Assembly (NCBI GenBank): GCA_965261925.1
Contig: OZ253486.1
Location: forward strand, 1,030,134-1,094,133
DNA from: Dehalococcoidia bacterium
Lineage (GTDB): Bacteria; Chloroflexota; Dehalococcoidia; Lucifugimonadales; UBA3495
Direction of reading: 5' to 3'
Length of the DNA: 64,000 nt
Every line of letters starts with the position of its first letter. The stretch's first letter is position 1. The notes beneath the pieces were generated by a model. It was not told the DNA's origin. It searched no databases and was given only the letters and a program-made list of their open reading frames with translations. This document shows, piece after piece, positions 44,573 through 53,303 of the stretch. Position numbers and translations under genes: made by a program.

Positions 44573-44619
44573 TGTAAAATGCCGGTAATGAGGCTGATGA
44601 AGTTCCAGGGAGGTCCACA

Positions 44620-45210
44620 ATGACCACCGTACAGCATGGCTCAAAGCTCACCCTGGCTGAATACCGCGCCCTGGAACCGATTGACGAAGGCGTGTGGGAA
44701 CTGTCCAATGGAGAGTTATTTGAGATGGCGCCGCCTACCTACGACCATCAAATCTTGATCGACTACCTTGTTCGGATGATCAATAATTTCCTTGACACCA
44801 CGAATCCCTTATTGGGCACCATAGTGTCCGGGATTGGGGTCATCCTGTCGGAAACCCGTGCGCCCACGCCGGACGCAGTATATTTGAGGGCGGAAAGAGC
44901 GCACCTGATCCAGGGAAGTTTTGTCGAAGGTGCGCCGGACCTTGTGATCGAAGCACTTTCCAGCGACCGAGCGCGCGACCTCGTGCTGAAACGAGGCTGG
45001 TACGATGAAGCTGGCATACCGGAATACTGGACCGTGGATCCGGTTAACAACTCGATCAATGTGCTGGAGCGTACGCAAACGGGATATGTTCAGCGTGCGG
45101 CTCTAAGTCGTGGAGATATTTTGACTACGCCCGCGATTCCGGGATTCGAACTGCCACTGAATATGCTGTTCGATAATGCTGCTCGTTATCTCCCCGGTCG
45201 CCAGCGCTAA
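44620..45210 (+). CDS. Uma2 family endonuclease (DUF820), copy 3, inside the B12 operon
   Basis: ...WELSNGELFEMAPP...TPDAVYLRAER...GAPDLVIEALSSDRARDLVLKRGWYDEAGIPEYWTVDPVNNSINVLE...IPGFELPL; GGGAGG RBS. Confidence 0.85.
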   Translation: MTTVQHGSKLTLAEYRALEPIDEGVWELSNGELFEMAPPTYDHQILIDYLVRMINNFLDTTNPLLGTIVSGIGVILSETRAPTPDAVYLRAERAHLIQGSFVEGAPDLVIEALSSDRARDLVLKRGWYDEAGIPEYWTVDPVNNSINVLERTQTGYVQRAALSRGDILTTPAIPGFELPLNMLFDNAARYLPGRQR

Positions 45211-45220
45211 TCGACCGCCC

Positions 45221-46366
45221 ATGACGGCCCCTGGACGATTGTTCAACCCCGACCCGTTGCCCCGACCCATCCACGGCGGCATCAAGGAGGCCGAGCTGCG
45301 GGCCCTGGGCCTCCGCCTGGAGGACTGCCTCGATTTCTCTGCCAGCGTCAGCCCTCTGGGTCCCCCGGAAGGCGTTGCCGCCGCCATCGCCGCCGTCGAC
45401 TTGACGGCATACCCCGACCCCCACTGCCTCGCGCTGACCGAGGCAATCGCCGCCCACCACTCCGGCGACGGCCTGTCCGTCGGCAACGTCATCGTCGGCA
45501 ATGGCTCCACCGAAATCATCCACCTGCTGACCCGCTCGTACATCGGCGCTCCGCCGGCGGGGTGCGCCAACGCCGCCCTGCTGCTCACGCCGACCTACGG
45601 CGAGTACGATGGCGCCGTGCGTATCTGCGGCGGGAAGGTGTTGACGCTGACCGCGACGCGGCACAGCGACGGGTTCGCATGGGACACGGCAGCCCTTTGC
45701 GCCGCCGTCGCCGCCGAGCGGCCGGCCTTGACCTTCATCTGCAATCCCAACAACCCGACCGGCGTGCTCATGGGACGCGATCAACTGGCGGCGATTGCCG
45801 ACGCGGTCGCGAACACGGGCGGCCTGCTGGTGGTCGATGAGGCGTACATCAACCTGTCGGAGCGCCGGGCCGATGCCGATGTGATCGAATTGGCGGCACA
45901 TCACGGCTCGGTGATCACGTTGCGTTCCATGACCAAGGACTACGCCCTGACCGCCCTGCGGCTGGGCTACGCGGTCGCCAGCGAGGCGGTAATCGCCCGC
46001 CTGTCAGCCCTTCAGCCCGACTGGAGCGTCAACGGTCTAGCCCAGGCCGCGGGCCTGTCAGTCATCACGGACGACGCATATCTCCAGCGGGCACGGCAGG
46101 CCGTGGCGGCGTCCCGCGAGTGCGTCGTGCAACGGCTCTCCGGCCTGAGCATCCGCTGCTATCCCACGGAAGCCAACTTCGTGCTGGCGCAAGTGGGCAA
46201 CGCCGCGGATTTGCGCGACCGCCTCGCCCGGCGCGGCCTGTTCGTGCGGGACTGCACATCCTTCGGCCTGCCGGATTGCATCCGCATCGGACTGCGCCCG
46301 GTGGAAGACTGCGCGCGGCTGGCCGACGCCATCGCCGACGTCTGGAGCGAAGAACCCCAACGATAG
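45221..46366 (+). CDS. cobD: threonine-phosphate decarboxylase / histidinol-phosphate aminotransferase family (CobD-type)
   Basis: ...HGG...DFSASVSPLGPP...NPNNPTG...VVDEAYI...LRSMTKDYALTALRLGY.. is a class I/II PLP enzyme in a cobalamin operon context. Confidence 0.8.
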   Translation: MTAPGRLFNPDPLPRPIHGGIKEAELRALGLRLEDCLDFSASVSPLGPPEGVAAAIAAVDLTAYPDPHCLALTEAIAAHHSGDGLSVGNVIVGNGSTEIIHLLTRSYIGAPPAGCANAALLLTPTYGEYDGAVRICGGKVLTLTATRHSDGFAWDTAALCAAVAAERPALTFICNPNNPTGVLMGRDQLAAIADAVANTGGLLVVDEAYINLSERRADADVIELAAHHGSVITLRSMTKDYALTALRLGYAVASEAVIARLSALQPDWSVNGLAQAAGLSVITDDAYLQRARQAVAASRECVVQRLSGLSIRCYPTEANFVLAQVGNAADLRDRLARRGLFVRDCTSFGLPDCIRIGLRPVEDCARLADAIADVWSEEPQR

Positions 46367-46392
46367 AAGAAACCCAGCCATAAGGGAGCAAA

Positions 46393-47022
46393 ATGGGCAT
46401 CATCTACATCACCAGGCACGGCGAGACCGAGTGGAACGCTGAGGGCCGCATCCAGGGCCATACCGACGTACCCCTGTCCGAGCGAGGCCGCGAACAGGCG
46501 CAAATGCTGGCCCGCCGCATCTCGTCGATACGCATCGACGTCGCCTACTCGTCTGACCTGGCCCGCGCCGCTGAAACCGCCCGCGTTGCCATGGGCGAGC
46601 GAGATATCCCCATCACCTTTACCGAGGAGCTGCGCGAGTACAGCAAGGGCGTGTTCGAGGGCCTGACCGAGGCCGAGTACCGTGAAGCCTACCCTGAGCT
46701 GTACGAGCCGTCGATGGAGAACAACCTCGACTTCGCGCCGCCCAACGGCGAGACCATCCGCGACACCAGCGCCCGCCTCGCCCGCATCGTGCAGCGGGTG
46801 AAGCGCGATCACATGGACGAGAACGTCCTGCTCGTGGGCCACGGCGGCAGCCTGCGCGCCGGCATCGTTTCCCTGCTGGAGCTGCCTCTGGAGGCCAACT
46901 GGAAGTTCGCCATGCACAACTGCTCCCTCACCGTCATCCACACCTACCCCGACAACGCCGTCATGCACCTCTACAACGACACCTCCCACATCACCGGCGT
47001 CGTGCGCGCCTGGGACAGATAA
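46393..47022 (+). CDS. cobC: histidine phosphatase family protein (alpha-ribazole phosphatase-like)
   Basis: MGIIYITRHGETEWNAEGRIQGHTDVPLSERG... carries the RHGxTxWN motif and ...VGHGG... It is the last gene of the B12 cluster. Confidence 0.8.
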   Translation: MGIIYITRHGETEWNAEGRIQGHTDVPLSERGREQAQMLARRISSIRIDVAYSSDLARAAETARVAMGERDIPITFTEELREYSKGVFEGLTEAEYREAYPELYEPSMENNLDFAPPNGETIRDTSARLARIVQRVKRDHMDENVLLVGHGGSLRAGIVSLLELPLEANWKFAMHNCSLTVIHTYPDNAVMHLYNDTSHITGVVRAWDR

Positions 47023-47123
47023 ACTCGTTCCGTATTCGACCACCGCAGCAGGTATGTATAATATCGTCTCAACCGTAGGAGACCGGCAGACCCTTTCTGA
47101 TCCAGAAGCGGGGAGTTTGCGAC

Positions 47124-47480
47124 ATGATTGACCATGCTCATCCGGACGGTGGCTACGAAGTGGTATCCGTGCCCATTACGTCCAGTCTGGCATTGGAGTT
47201 GCACGCCCGCGCCAGCGAGGTTGGGCTGGATGTCGCCGAGTTGATACAGGACCTCTTCATTGGAGCGCTGCGGACCACGCGGGCGAGGGCGTGCCCGACG
47301 TTCACGGTTTCCGATGATTTTGCCGGAGACTTTGTCTCCGACGGGTTCCGGGTGGTGGCGCGCCGCAATGGCCATTCCACCCTCTGCCCGTTCGATGGGC
47401 TTCCGTTCGATGACGCGATGGCGTCATTCCGTGCTGCCAATCTCACCGATGATGAGATTATCCAGGTTGCCCGCTCTTGA
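47124..47480 (+). CDS. hypothetical protein, possible antitoxin of the downstream PIN gene
   Basis: 118 aa with a GGGGAG RBS. Its stop overlaps the TTG start of the PIN frame (TTGA). No confident domain. Confidence 0.4.
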   Translation: MIDHAHPDGGYEVVSVPITSSLALELHARASEVGLDVAELIQDLFIGALRTTRARACPTFTVSDDFAGDFVSDGFRVVARRNGHSTLCPFDGLPFDDAMASFRAANLTDDEIIQVARS

Positions 47481-47889
47481 CCGTCCCGCGAATAGTCGCG
47501 GATACGAGCTCGCTTTTGACCCAGGCTAGACAGGTATCACTGACAGCAGCCTCTGGGATGCCATCAGGAATGGCCGTGCGATCCCACTGGTTTCTCCGGC
47601 CACCTACGAAGAGTTTCGAGGTAAATTGGGAGACCCGCGGTTCGGCATCTCCCCAGCCGCGCGTGACACCATTTTGGCCGAATACTTGCACTATGCCGAG
47701 TACACTCGGGACGTTCCCGACTCGGGTGACACGGAATGCCGTGACGAAAAAGACAAGCCTTTCGTGGATTTGGCGATGGCCAAAGAAGCCGACGCCATTG
47801 TGAGCGCCGACCTCGATTTGTTGGATTGTAACGGCTTGTGGGATTTTCCGGTGCTGAACGTGACGGAGTTCATACAGCGTTTCGCGTGA
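47477..47889 (+). pseudogene. PIN-domain toxin (TIGR00305-like) with a -1 frameshift near 47525-47532
   Basis: Frame 2 reads LTVPRIVADTSSLLTQAR.. and frame 1 then reads ..TGITDSSLWDAIRNGRAIPLVSPATYEEFRGKLGDPRFG...CRDEKDKPFVDLAMAKEADAIVSADLDLL. A TAG at 47527 blocks frame 1 upstream. Confidence 0.6.
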
Positions 47890-47910
47890 CCGCCGTTTTC
47901 AACCGCGCCG

Positions 47911-48190
47911 CTACGTCACCGCCCCAATCGCCGCGTCCAAAATCTCCGCCGCCAAGTCCATCTGCTCCTCCGTCGTGGTGAACGGCGGCACGAACCGCAG
48001 CACCGACCCCTGCCGCCGGATGCTCACGATCAGCCCGTTTTCCAGCAACATGCGCCCGATCCGGTGACCCTGCCGGTATCGGCTGATCCGGTCGGCCACG
48101 TCAACCAGGTTCTCCTCCAGGATGGTGTCCAGGCTGGCGTTTGGCGTGTTGCAGGTCAGCGGGTGTTGTGATGAGAGCGGCCTGCCACAA
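47911..48190 (-). pseudogene. 3' fragment of a class III aminotransferase gene (diverged duplicate of the 49687..51060 3' end, with a 120-nt internal deletion)
   Basis: ...HPLTCNTPNASLDTILEENLVDVADRISRYRQGH|RIGRMLLENGLIVSIRRQGSVLRFVPPFTTTEEQMDLAAEILDAAIGAVT* compares with ...DPLTCNAAIASLDIILEESLVDVADRIGRYWQGH[40 aa]RIGRMLLENGLIVSIRRQGSVLRFVPPFTTTEDQMDLAAEILDAAIGAVT*. Nucleotide identity is roughly 85-90% by eye. Confidence 0.85.
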
Positions 48191-48331
48191 CAGCGCAGTC
48201 CGCGCTTGGGATAGATAAACTTTTGCGGTGCAATTCCGTATTGCAAGGATACAATTTCCACTACAATTTCATGAGTATTCACGCGCGGTGATCCACATGG
48301 TGATCCAGCTTGCATAAGGAGAGCGAACAAT

Positions 48332-49588
48332 ATGCTAAAGAATTCTCGGATATGGAAAACTCCCCGGGTGGCGATACCACTGCTCGCATTGCTGGCGGCC
48401 GCGCTGCTGGTGACCGGCGTCGCCTGCGGCGGAGACGAACCGGCCGCGACCGCCACGCCTGAGTTCTCGCTTCCCACGGCGCTCCCCAGCCCTGAGGCGG
48501 CCCCCGCGCCCGGCGCCGGTAGCGAAGCCACGGCCGCTACGGTCCCATCCGCCTGGCAAGAGCCCAGGACCTGGGAACCGGAAGACGTCAGCACCCTGGA
48601 ACGGGTAACCCAAGAATTGGTGGCTCCGCCCTTCTTCCCGGAGCACGAGCAGGTGTACGACGGCGATCCGCGGGTGGTTGAGATCCGGATGGAAGTTGAC
48701 GAGCAAGAGATCGAGGTCGCACCGGGCGTGTTCATGTGGGCCTTTACCTTCAACGGCTCCGTGCCTGGCCCCATGGTCGTGGTGCACGAGGGCGACTACG
48801 TAGAACTGACGCTGGTCAACCCGGACGGCAACGAACTCCTGCACAACATTGACTTCCACGCCTCCATCGGCGCGCTGGGCGGCGGCAGTCTGACCCAGGT
48901 GGGTCCGGGTCAGGAGGTTGTGCTGCGTTTCCGCGCCACCAAGCCGGGGGTGTTCATCTACCACTGCGCGCCGGGCGGGACCATGGTTCCGTGGCACGTC
49001 ACCCACGGCATGAACGGGGCCATCATGGTGCTGCCTCGCGGCGGCCTGAAGGACCCCGCTGGCAATTCCATCTCCTATGACCGGGCCTACTACGTCGGCG
49101 AACAGGACTACTACCTGCCGCAGGACGAGAACGGGGAATTCAAGCGCTACGACAGCCCTTCCGCGTCCATGGTGGACGACCTGGAAGTGATGAAGACCCT
49201 GATCCCGACCCACATCGTGTTCAACGGCGTCACGGGAGCCCTGCAGGGCGACGGCCAATTGACCGCCAATGTGGGCGAGAACGTCCTCATAGTCCACTCG
49301 CAGTCCAACCGCCATTCCTATCCCCACCTGATCGGAGGCCACGGTGACTACGTGTGGGAGCGCGGCAGCTTCGCGGATGCGCCGGAGACCGGTCTTGAAA
49401 CGTGGGTCATCGCCGCCGGCTCCGCCGGTGCGTCCATTCACACCATTCGCCAGTCGGGAACCTACGTGTACCTGTCGCACAACCTGATCGAGGCGTTTGC
49501 CTTTGACGCGAAGGCCATCCTGGTTGCTGAAGGCGAATGGGACAACGACCTGATGGAGCAGGTGAAACCGCCCAGTCCCATCCAGTAA
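48332..49588 (+). CDS. nirK: copper-containing nitrite reductase, lipoprotein form
   Basis: Lipobox LLVTGVAC. Cu ligand motifs ...[10 protein letters not shown]..., ...[22 protein letters not shown]..., ...[17 protein letters not shown]..., ...LSHNLIEA... AAGGAGAG RBS. Confidence 0.9.
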   Translation: MLKNSRIWKTPRVAIPLLALLAAALLVTGVACGGDEPAATATPEFSLPTALPSPEAAPAPGAGSEATAATVPSAWQEPRTWEPEDVSTLERVTQELVAPPFFPEHEQVYDGDPRVVEIRMEVDEQEIEVAPGVFMWAFTFNGSVPGPMVVVHEGDYVELTLVNPDGNELLHNIDFHASIGALGGGSLTQVGPGQEVVLRFRATKPGVFIYHCAPGGTMVPWHVTHGMNGAIMVLPRGGLKDPAGNSISYDRAYYVGEQDYYLPQDENGEFKRYDSPSASMVDDLEVMKTLIPTHIVFNGVTGALQGDGQLTANVGENVLIVHSQSNRHSYPHLIGGHGDYVWERGSFADAPETGLETWVIAAGSAGASIHTIRQSGTYVYLSHNLIEAFAFDAKAILVAEGEWDNDLMEQVKPPSPIQ

Positions 49589-49631
49589 GTGGACGACGCG
49601 GGGCTACAACCTGTAAAACTGCCTGAAAAAG

Positions 49632-49660
49632 GGAGCGCGGCCGCATTGCGGCCGCGCTCC
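49632..49660 (+). terminator. intrinsic terminator after nirK
   Basis: ggagcgcggccgc-att-gcggccgcgctcc is a 13-bp stem, followed by tcgcgtttgt. Confidence 0.65.
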
Positions 49661-49686
49661 TCGCGTTTGTGGAAGGCGATACAGTG

Positions 49687-51060
49687 CTACGTCACCGCCC
49701 CAATCGCGGCGTCCAGAATCTCCGCCGCCAGGTCCATCTGGTCCTCTGTCGTAGTGAACGGCGGCACAAACCGCAGCACCGACCCCTGCCGCCGGATGCT
49801 CACGATCAAACCGTTCTCCAGCAACATCCGCCCGATCCGCTGGCCCTGTTCATAGGCCGGCTCCCGCGTCTCCCGGTTGGTGACGAACTCGATCCCCTGG
49901 AGCAGACCGCGCCCCCGCACGTCGCCCACCAGCTCGTGCCGCTCCTTCAGCCGCAGCAGGTGGCCCTGCCAATACCGGCCGATGCGGTCGGCAACGTCCA
50001 CCAGGCTCTCCTCCAGGATGATGTCCAGGCTGGCGATGGCGGCGTTGCAGGTCAGCGGGTCGTTGGAATGCGAGTGGGCCACCACCAGTCCCGTTTCGAC
50101 GGCCTTCTCCTCGATCTCGTCCGTGGTGATGGTCGCGCTGATGGCGATGCCTCCGCCGAAGTGCTTCGAAATGGTGAAGATGTCCGGCACCACCCCCTCC
50201 TGCTCAAAGGCCCACATCGATCCCAACTTGGCCAATCCGGTCTGTGCCTCGTCCAGGATCAGCAGCATGCCTCGCCACTCGCAGCGCAGCTTCAGCTCCT
50301 GCAGCCAGCCCGGGGGCGGTTCGATGACGCCGCCGGCGCTGAACAGCGGCTCGGTGATGACGGCGGCCATGCGCCCGTCGGCCTGCGCATCCAGCAGTTC
50401 AAAGCTGGTATCCAGGCAGGTGTAGTCGCACGCTCCCTTGTCTTGGCAGAAGGAGCAGCGGTAGCGGTAGGGCGCGATGATGGGATAGTTGCCCGGCGCG
50501 AAGGGGCCATATCCTTGGCGCCAGCCCGAGAAGGTCACCGCCCGGGCCGCGTCGGTCATGCCGTGGAAGCTGACCACCGGGCTGGCCACCTCGTAACCCC
50601 CCGTGTAGCGCTTGGCGATGGCCATGGCCGCCTCGTTGGAGTCGCTTCCGGAGCCCAGGAACATGCTGCGGTTCAGGCCGTCCGGCGTGATCTCGGCCAA
50701 ACGGCTGGCCAGGATGATCTCCCGGTCGTTGAACATGGTCATGTGGCTGTGGATCAGCGTCTCGGCGCTTTCCTGCAGCGCCTGCACGATGCGCGGATGG
50801 TTGTGCCCCAGCGCGGCGCACATCTGGCCGGAGTTGAAGTCCAGGTACTCCTTGCCGTTGATGTCGCGCACCACCGACCCTCGGCCCCACACGAAGATCG
50901 GGCCGGTGACGCCGTTGCGGTCCATTCGGCTGCGGAAGCTGTACTTCCGCGCCAGCTCGAGCAGTTCCTCTTCAGAATAGTTGTCGGGCACGGCGATCCT
51001 CCGGGGAGTCTGGGTTGGGGTGATTGTAGTGCGAGGGATACCGGTGTCAACTTCCTCCAT
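49687..51060 (-). CDS. class III PLP-dependent aminotransferase (457 aa)
   Basis: ...LDFNSGQMCAALGHNHP...GSGSDSNEAA...ILDEAQTGLAKLGSMWAFEQEGVVPDIFTISKHFGGG... Confidence 0.88.
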   Translation of the reverse strand: MEEVDTGIPRTTITPTQTPRRIAVPDNYSEEELLELARKYSFRSRMDRNGVTGPIFVWGRGSVVRDINGKEYLDFNSGQMCAALGHNHPRIVQALQESAETLIHSHMTMFNDREIILASRLAEITPDGLNRSMFLGSGSDSNEAAMAIAKRYTGGYEVASPVVSFHGMTDAARAVTFSGWRQGYGPFAPGNYPIIAPYRYRCSFCQDKGACDYTCLDTSFELLDAQADGRMAAVITEPLFSAGGVIEPPPGWLQELKLRCEWRGMLLILDEAQTGLAKLGSMWAFEQEGVVPDIFTISKHFGGGIAISATITTDEIEEKAVETGLVVAHSHSNDPLTCNAAIASLDIILEESLVDVADRIGRYWQGHLLRLKERHELVGDVRGRGLLQGIEFVTNRETREPAYEQGQRIGRMLLENGLIVSIRRQGSVLRFVPPFTTTEDQMDLAAEILDAAIGAVT

Positions 51061-51067
51061 CGCTCAC

Positions 51068-51294
51068 GCATACCCACTTTACCAGCGTGGCGGCCCTGTC
51101 CCCGGCCATTGGAGCGCAGCGTGGCAGCCCTGCCCCCGGCCATTGGAGCGCAGCGTGGCAGCCCTGCCCCCGGCCATTGGAGCGCAGCGTGGCAATCTCG
51201 TCGGCGTAGTAAGGGCATTTGGGGCGTGGTGGGTCAGTAATGCAACGGAATTGCCACGTCGCTGCGCTGCTGGCAATGACAAAGTGGGTACGCG
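51068..51294. repeat. composite REP/MITE-like element: 34-nt unit x3.5 plus an inverted partner arm
   Basis: The left end is cgcatacccacttt. The unit agcgtggc(g/a)gccctg(t/c)ccccggccattggagcgc starts at 51084, 51118 and 51152, with a partial unit at 51186 ending ..gtggcaatctcg. The right arm is ggaattgccacgtcgctgcgctgctggcaatgacaaagtgggtacgcg (51247-51294). Confidence 0.85.
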
Positions 51295-51375
51295 GGAGCC
51301 CTGTCGCCATGATGACGATCCCGAGGCAGCTTCAGATATAATCCAGTGCATAGTACCCGCACAACGTGACAGTCA

Positions 51376-52101
51376 ATGGAGCTAACCCTCCAGAGGTCCA
51401 GCATGACCGCCACCAATCCCTTCGCCAGGATACCGCAACCCGAAACTCCCTTCCGGTTGCCGGACCCTCCCGAGCGCCATCCTGACGACATGACCAGCTT
51501 CGACCACCTGGCCGCCACTGGCAGCGTACACCATCTGATCCAGCATCTTGGCAACCCGGACACCACCCTCGTCGCCGGCGAACGATACATGGTCGTCCGG
51601 CCAACTCGCCGGTTGGCCGGCAGCCGTTATCCCGACCTCCTCGTTGCCCTCGGCGTGGACCCGGCCCTCTACAAGGCCAGCAACGGCTACATCATCGAAG
51701 ACCAGGGCAAGCCGCCGGACTTCGTGCTGGAAATCGCGTCGCCGCACACCGGACATATCGATGTTGGCGCGAAGCGCGACGACTACGCGGCCTTGGGGAT
51801 ACCCGAGTATTGGCGGTTCGACGAAACGGGCGCATACCACGGCGCGCGGCTTGCCGGAGACCGGCTCGTGGAGGGAATGTACGAATCCATTCCAGTCGAG
51901 GAAATGGAAGACGGCATCGTGCAGGGTTACAGCCCGGTCCTGAACCTCCACCTCCGATGGGACCATGGTCAGTTGGCATGGCACGACCCGGCGACGGGCC
52001 GGCACATCCTGACCTACGAGGATCAGCGCGCCGCCGCCGCCGGCGCTGAAAGCCGGGTGCGTGAGCTGGAAGCCGAGCTGCGGCGCCTGCGGGACGGCTG
52101 A
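51376..52101 (+). CDS. Uma2 family endonuclease (DUF820), copy 4, with a C-terminal coiled-coil tail
   Basis: ...RYPDLLVALGVD...KPPDFVLEIASPHTGHIDVGAKRDDYAALGIPEYWRFDETG... plus the tail ..AAAAGAESRVRELEAELRRLRDG. Confidence 0.85.
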   Translation: MELTLQRSSMTATNPFARIPQPETPFRLPDPPERHPDDMTSFDHLAATGSVHHLIQHLGNPDTTLVAGERYMVVRPTRRLAGSRYPDLLVALGVDPALYKASNGYIIEDQGKPPDFVLEIASPHTGHIDVGAKRDDYAALGIPEYWRFDETGAYHGARLAGDRLVEGMYESIPVEEMEDGIVQGYSPVLNLHLRWDHGQLAWHDPATGRHILTYEDQRAAAAGAESRVRELEAELRRLRDG

Positions 52102-52385
52102 GTCCCAATCAACGGGTTACACTCCCGCCGAGCGTGCGCTACCCTCTGGCGCGAGGCTTGGTGACCAATTGAAACCTGCGCAACACCCGGACGATATCAT
52201 CCGGCGCCCCACGTGGATCGACTACTCGCGCTTGGGCACGCTGAAAAACAAGATTGCGCCCGGTACTCCGCCGCTCGACATCCAGAAGGTCAGGGAACAG
52301 CGCTGCGCCCCCCTCGTACCGTGAACGGCGTTTCCAAACTGTGAATTAGCCGTGGGCTGACAGTATCTATACGACAGGAGAACGA

Positions 52386-53165
52386 TTGTTGAACGACCCT
52401 CACGTTGAAGCGTTGATTTACGTGGTGGAATCTGACAGACCCGTCACATACAAGGACGCGACATCTGTCGAGTTCGAGCGTCCGACATTTCGCGTCAAGC
52501 TCGAAGACGAACGGGCTCAGTTTGAACTCAAGGAGCATTATGCTACTCCGGGAGAAGCGTGCGCCGTAGTTCAACCGTTTATTGAGCAGTGGGAATTCGA
52601 GGAGGCTCTGAGAATCGGGCCAGGACAGTTTGCTTTGAGTTTCGATAGAGCGGACGTAGTGGATCGTCAACCCACGCCAGGTGTTCATTCAGTATCGGCA
52701 GGTCCCATAAGTTGGCATTTCGAGTTACCTACGCCGCAGGTAACCCTGTCCAGGCCCTATCCCCAGCCGCCATCCAAAGACGCGATGGACATACACGACC
52801 CTGATGTCCAGACAATGCTCCACCGATACATAGGCTACCGCCAAGACCATGAATATCTGCCGAGCATGGCTTATTTTTGCTGCGAGGTTTTTACCAAAAA
52901 GATCAGCCACAACGCCAAGGACGCCGCAGAGAAACACAAGGTCAGCCACAGCCTCATCAGACAGATTAATAAGATCGCTTCCAACAAAGGCGGCAATCAG
53001 GGAAGGCACGCGAGCGCGATCAGCAGCCCACTCACTTCGAGCGAAGTGCAGTTTCTGGAGAAAGCGGTCATAGCCATGATCATTCGCGCCGCCAAGGTCG
53101 CCGCGGACCCTGATCAACCTATCGAAGAGATCAACGTCGGCAACCTGCTCGACATTACGCCCTGA
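52386..53165 (+). CDS. hypothetical protein (259 aa, TTG start)
   Basis: ORF track 52386..53165. An AGGAGA RBS lies 4 nt upstream. A/T-richer. No recognisable motif. Confidence 0.5.
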   Translation: MLNDPHVEALIYVVESDRPVTYKDATSVEFERPTFRVKLEDERAQFELKEHYATPGEACAVVQPFIEQWEFEEALRIGPGQFALSFDRADVVDRQPTPGVHSVSAGPISWHFELPTPQVTLSRPYPQPPSKDAMDIHDPDVQTMLHRYIGYRQDHEYLPSMAYFCCEVFTKKISHNAKDAAEKHKVSHSLIRQINKIASNKGGNQGRHASAISSPLTSSEVQFLEKAVIAMIIRAAKVAADPDQPIEEINVGNLLDITP

Positions 53166-53200
53166 CGCGGCAATGCGCCATCACCCTATCCTGCGCCGGC

Positions 53201-53228
53201 GAGATTGCCACGCTTCGCTCGCAATGAC
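53201..53228 (+). repeat. REP/MITE-like repeat, near-consensus single copy
   Basis: gagattgccacgcttcgctcgcaatgac. Confidence 0.85.
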
Positions 53229-53303
53229 GGATTGGTCAGCGGCCTCAACATGATTGGTATACTGCCTCCCACCTGTAATTGAGTACCAAGGAGCCCAGCC
53301 ACC

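Noticed and set aside
48223-48233. TTGCGGTGCAA as an FNR/Dnr/NnrR box upstream of nirK
   Set aside because: The half-site spacing (N1-N3) does not fit the TTGAT-N4-ATCAA / TTGCG-N4-CGCAA architecture. It is kept only as an unexplained palindrome in the nirK promoter finding.
48191-48774. Upstream part of the 287-aa minus-strand ORF 47911..48774
   Set aside because: Only the last roughly 90 codons are aminotransferase-like. The remainder is antisense to nirK and to its promoter and has no coding-like sequence.
51084-51200. Possible CRISPR array
   Set aside because: The 34-nt units are contiguous with no spacers. There are only about 3.5 copies, no cas genes are nearby, and the unit belongs to the dispersed REP-like family.
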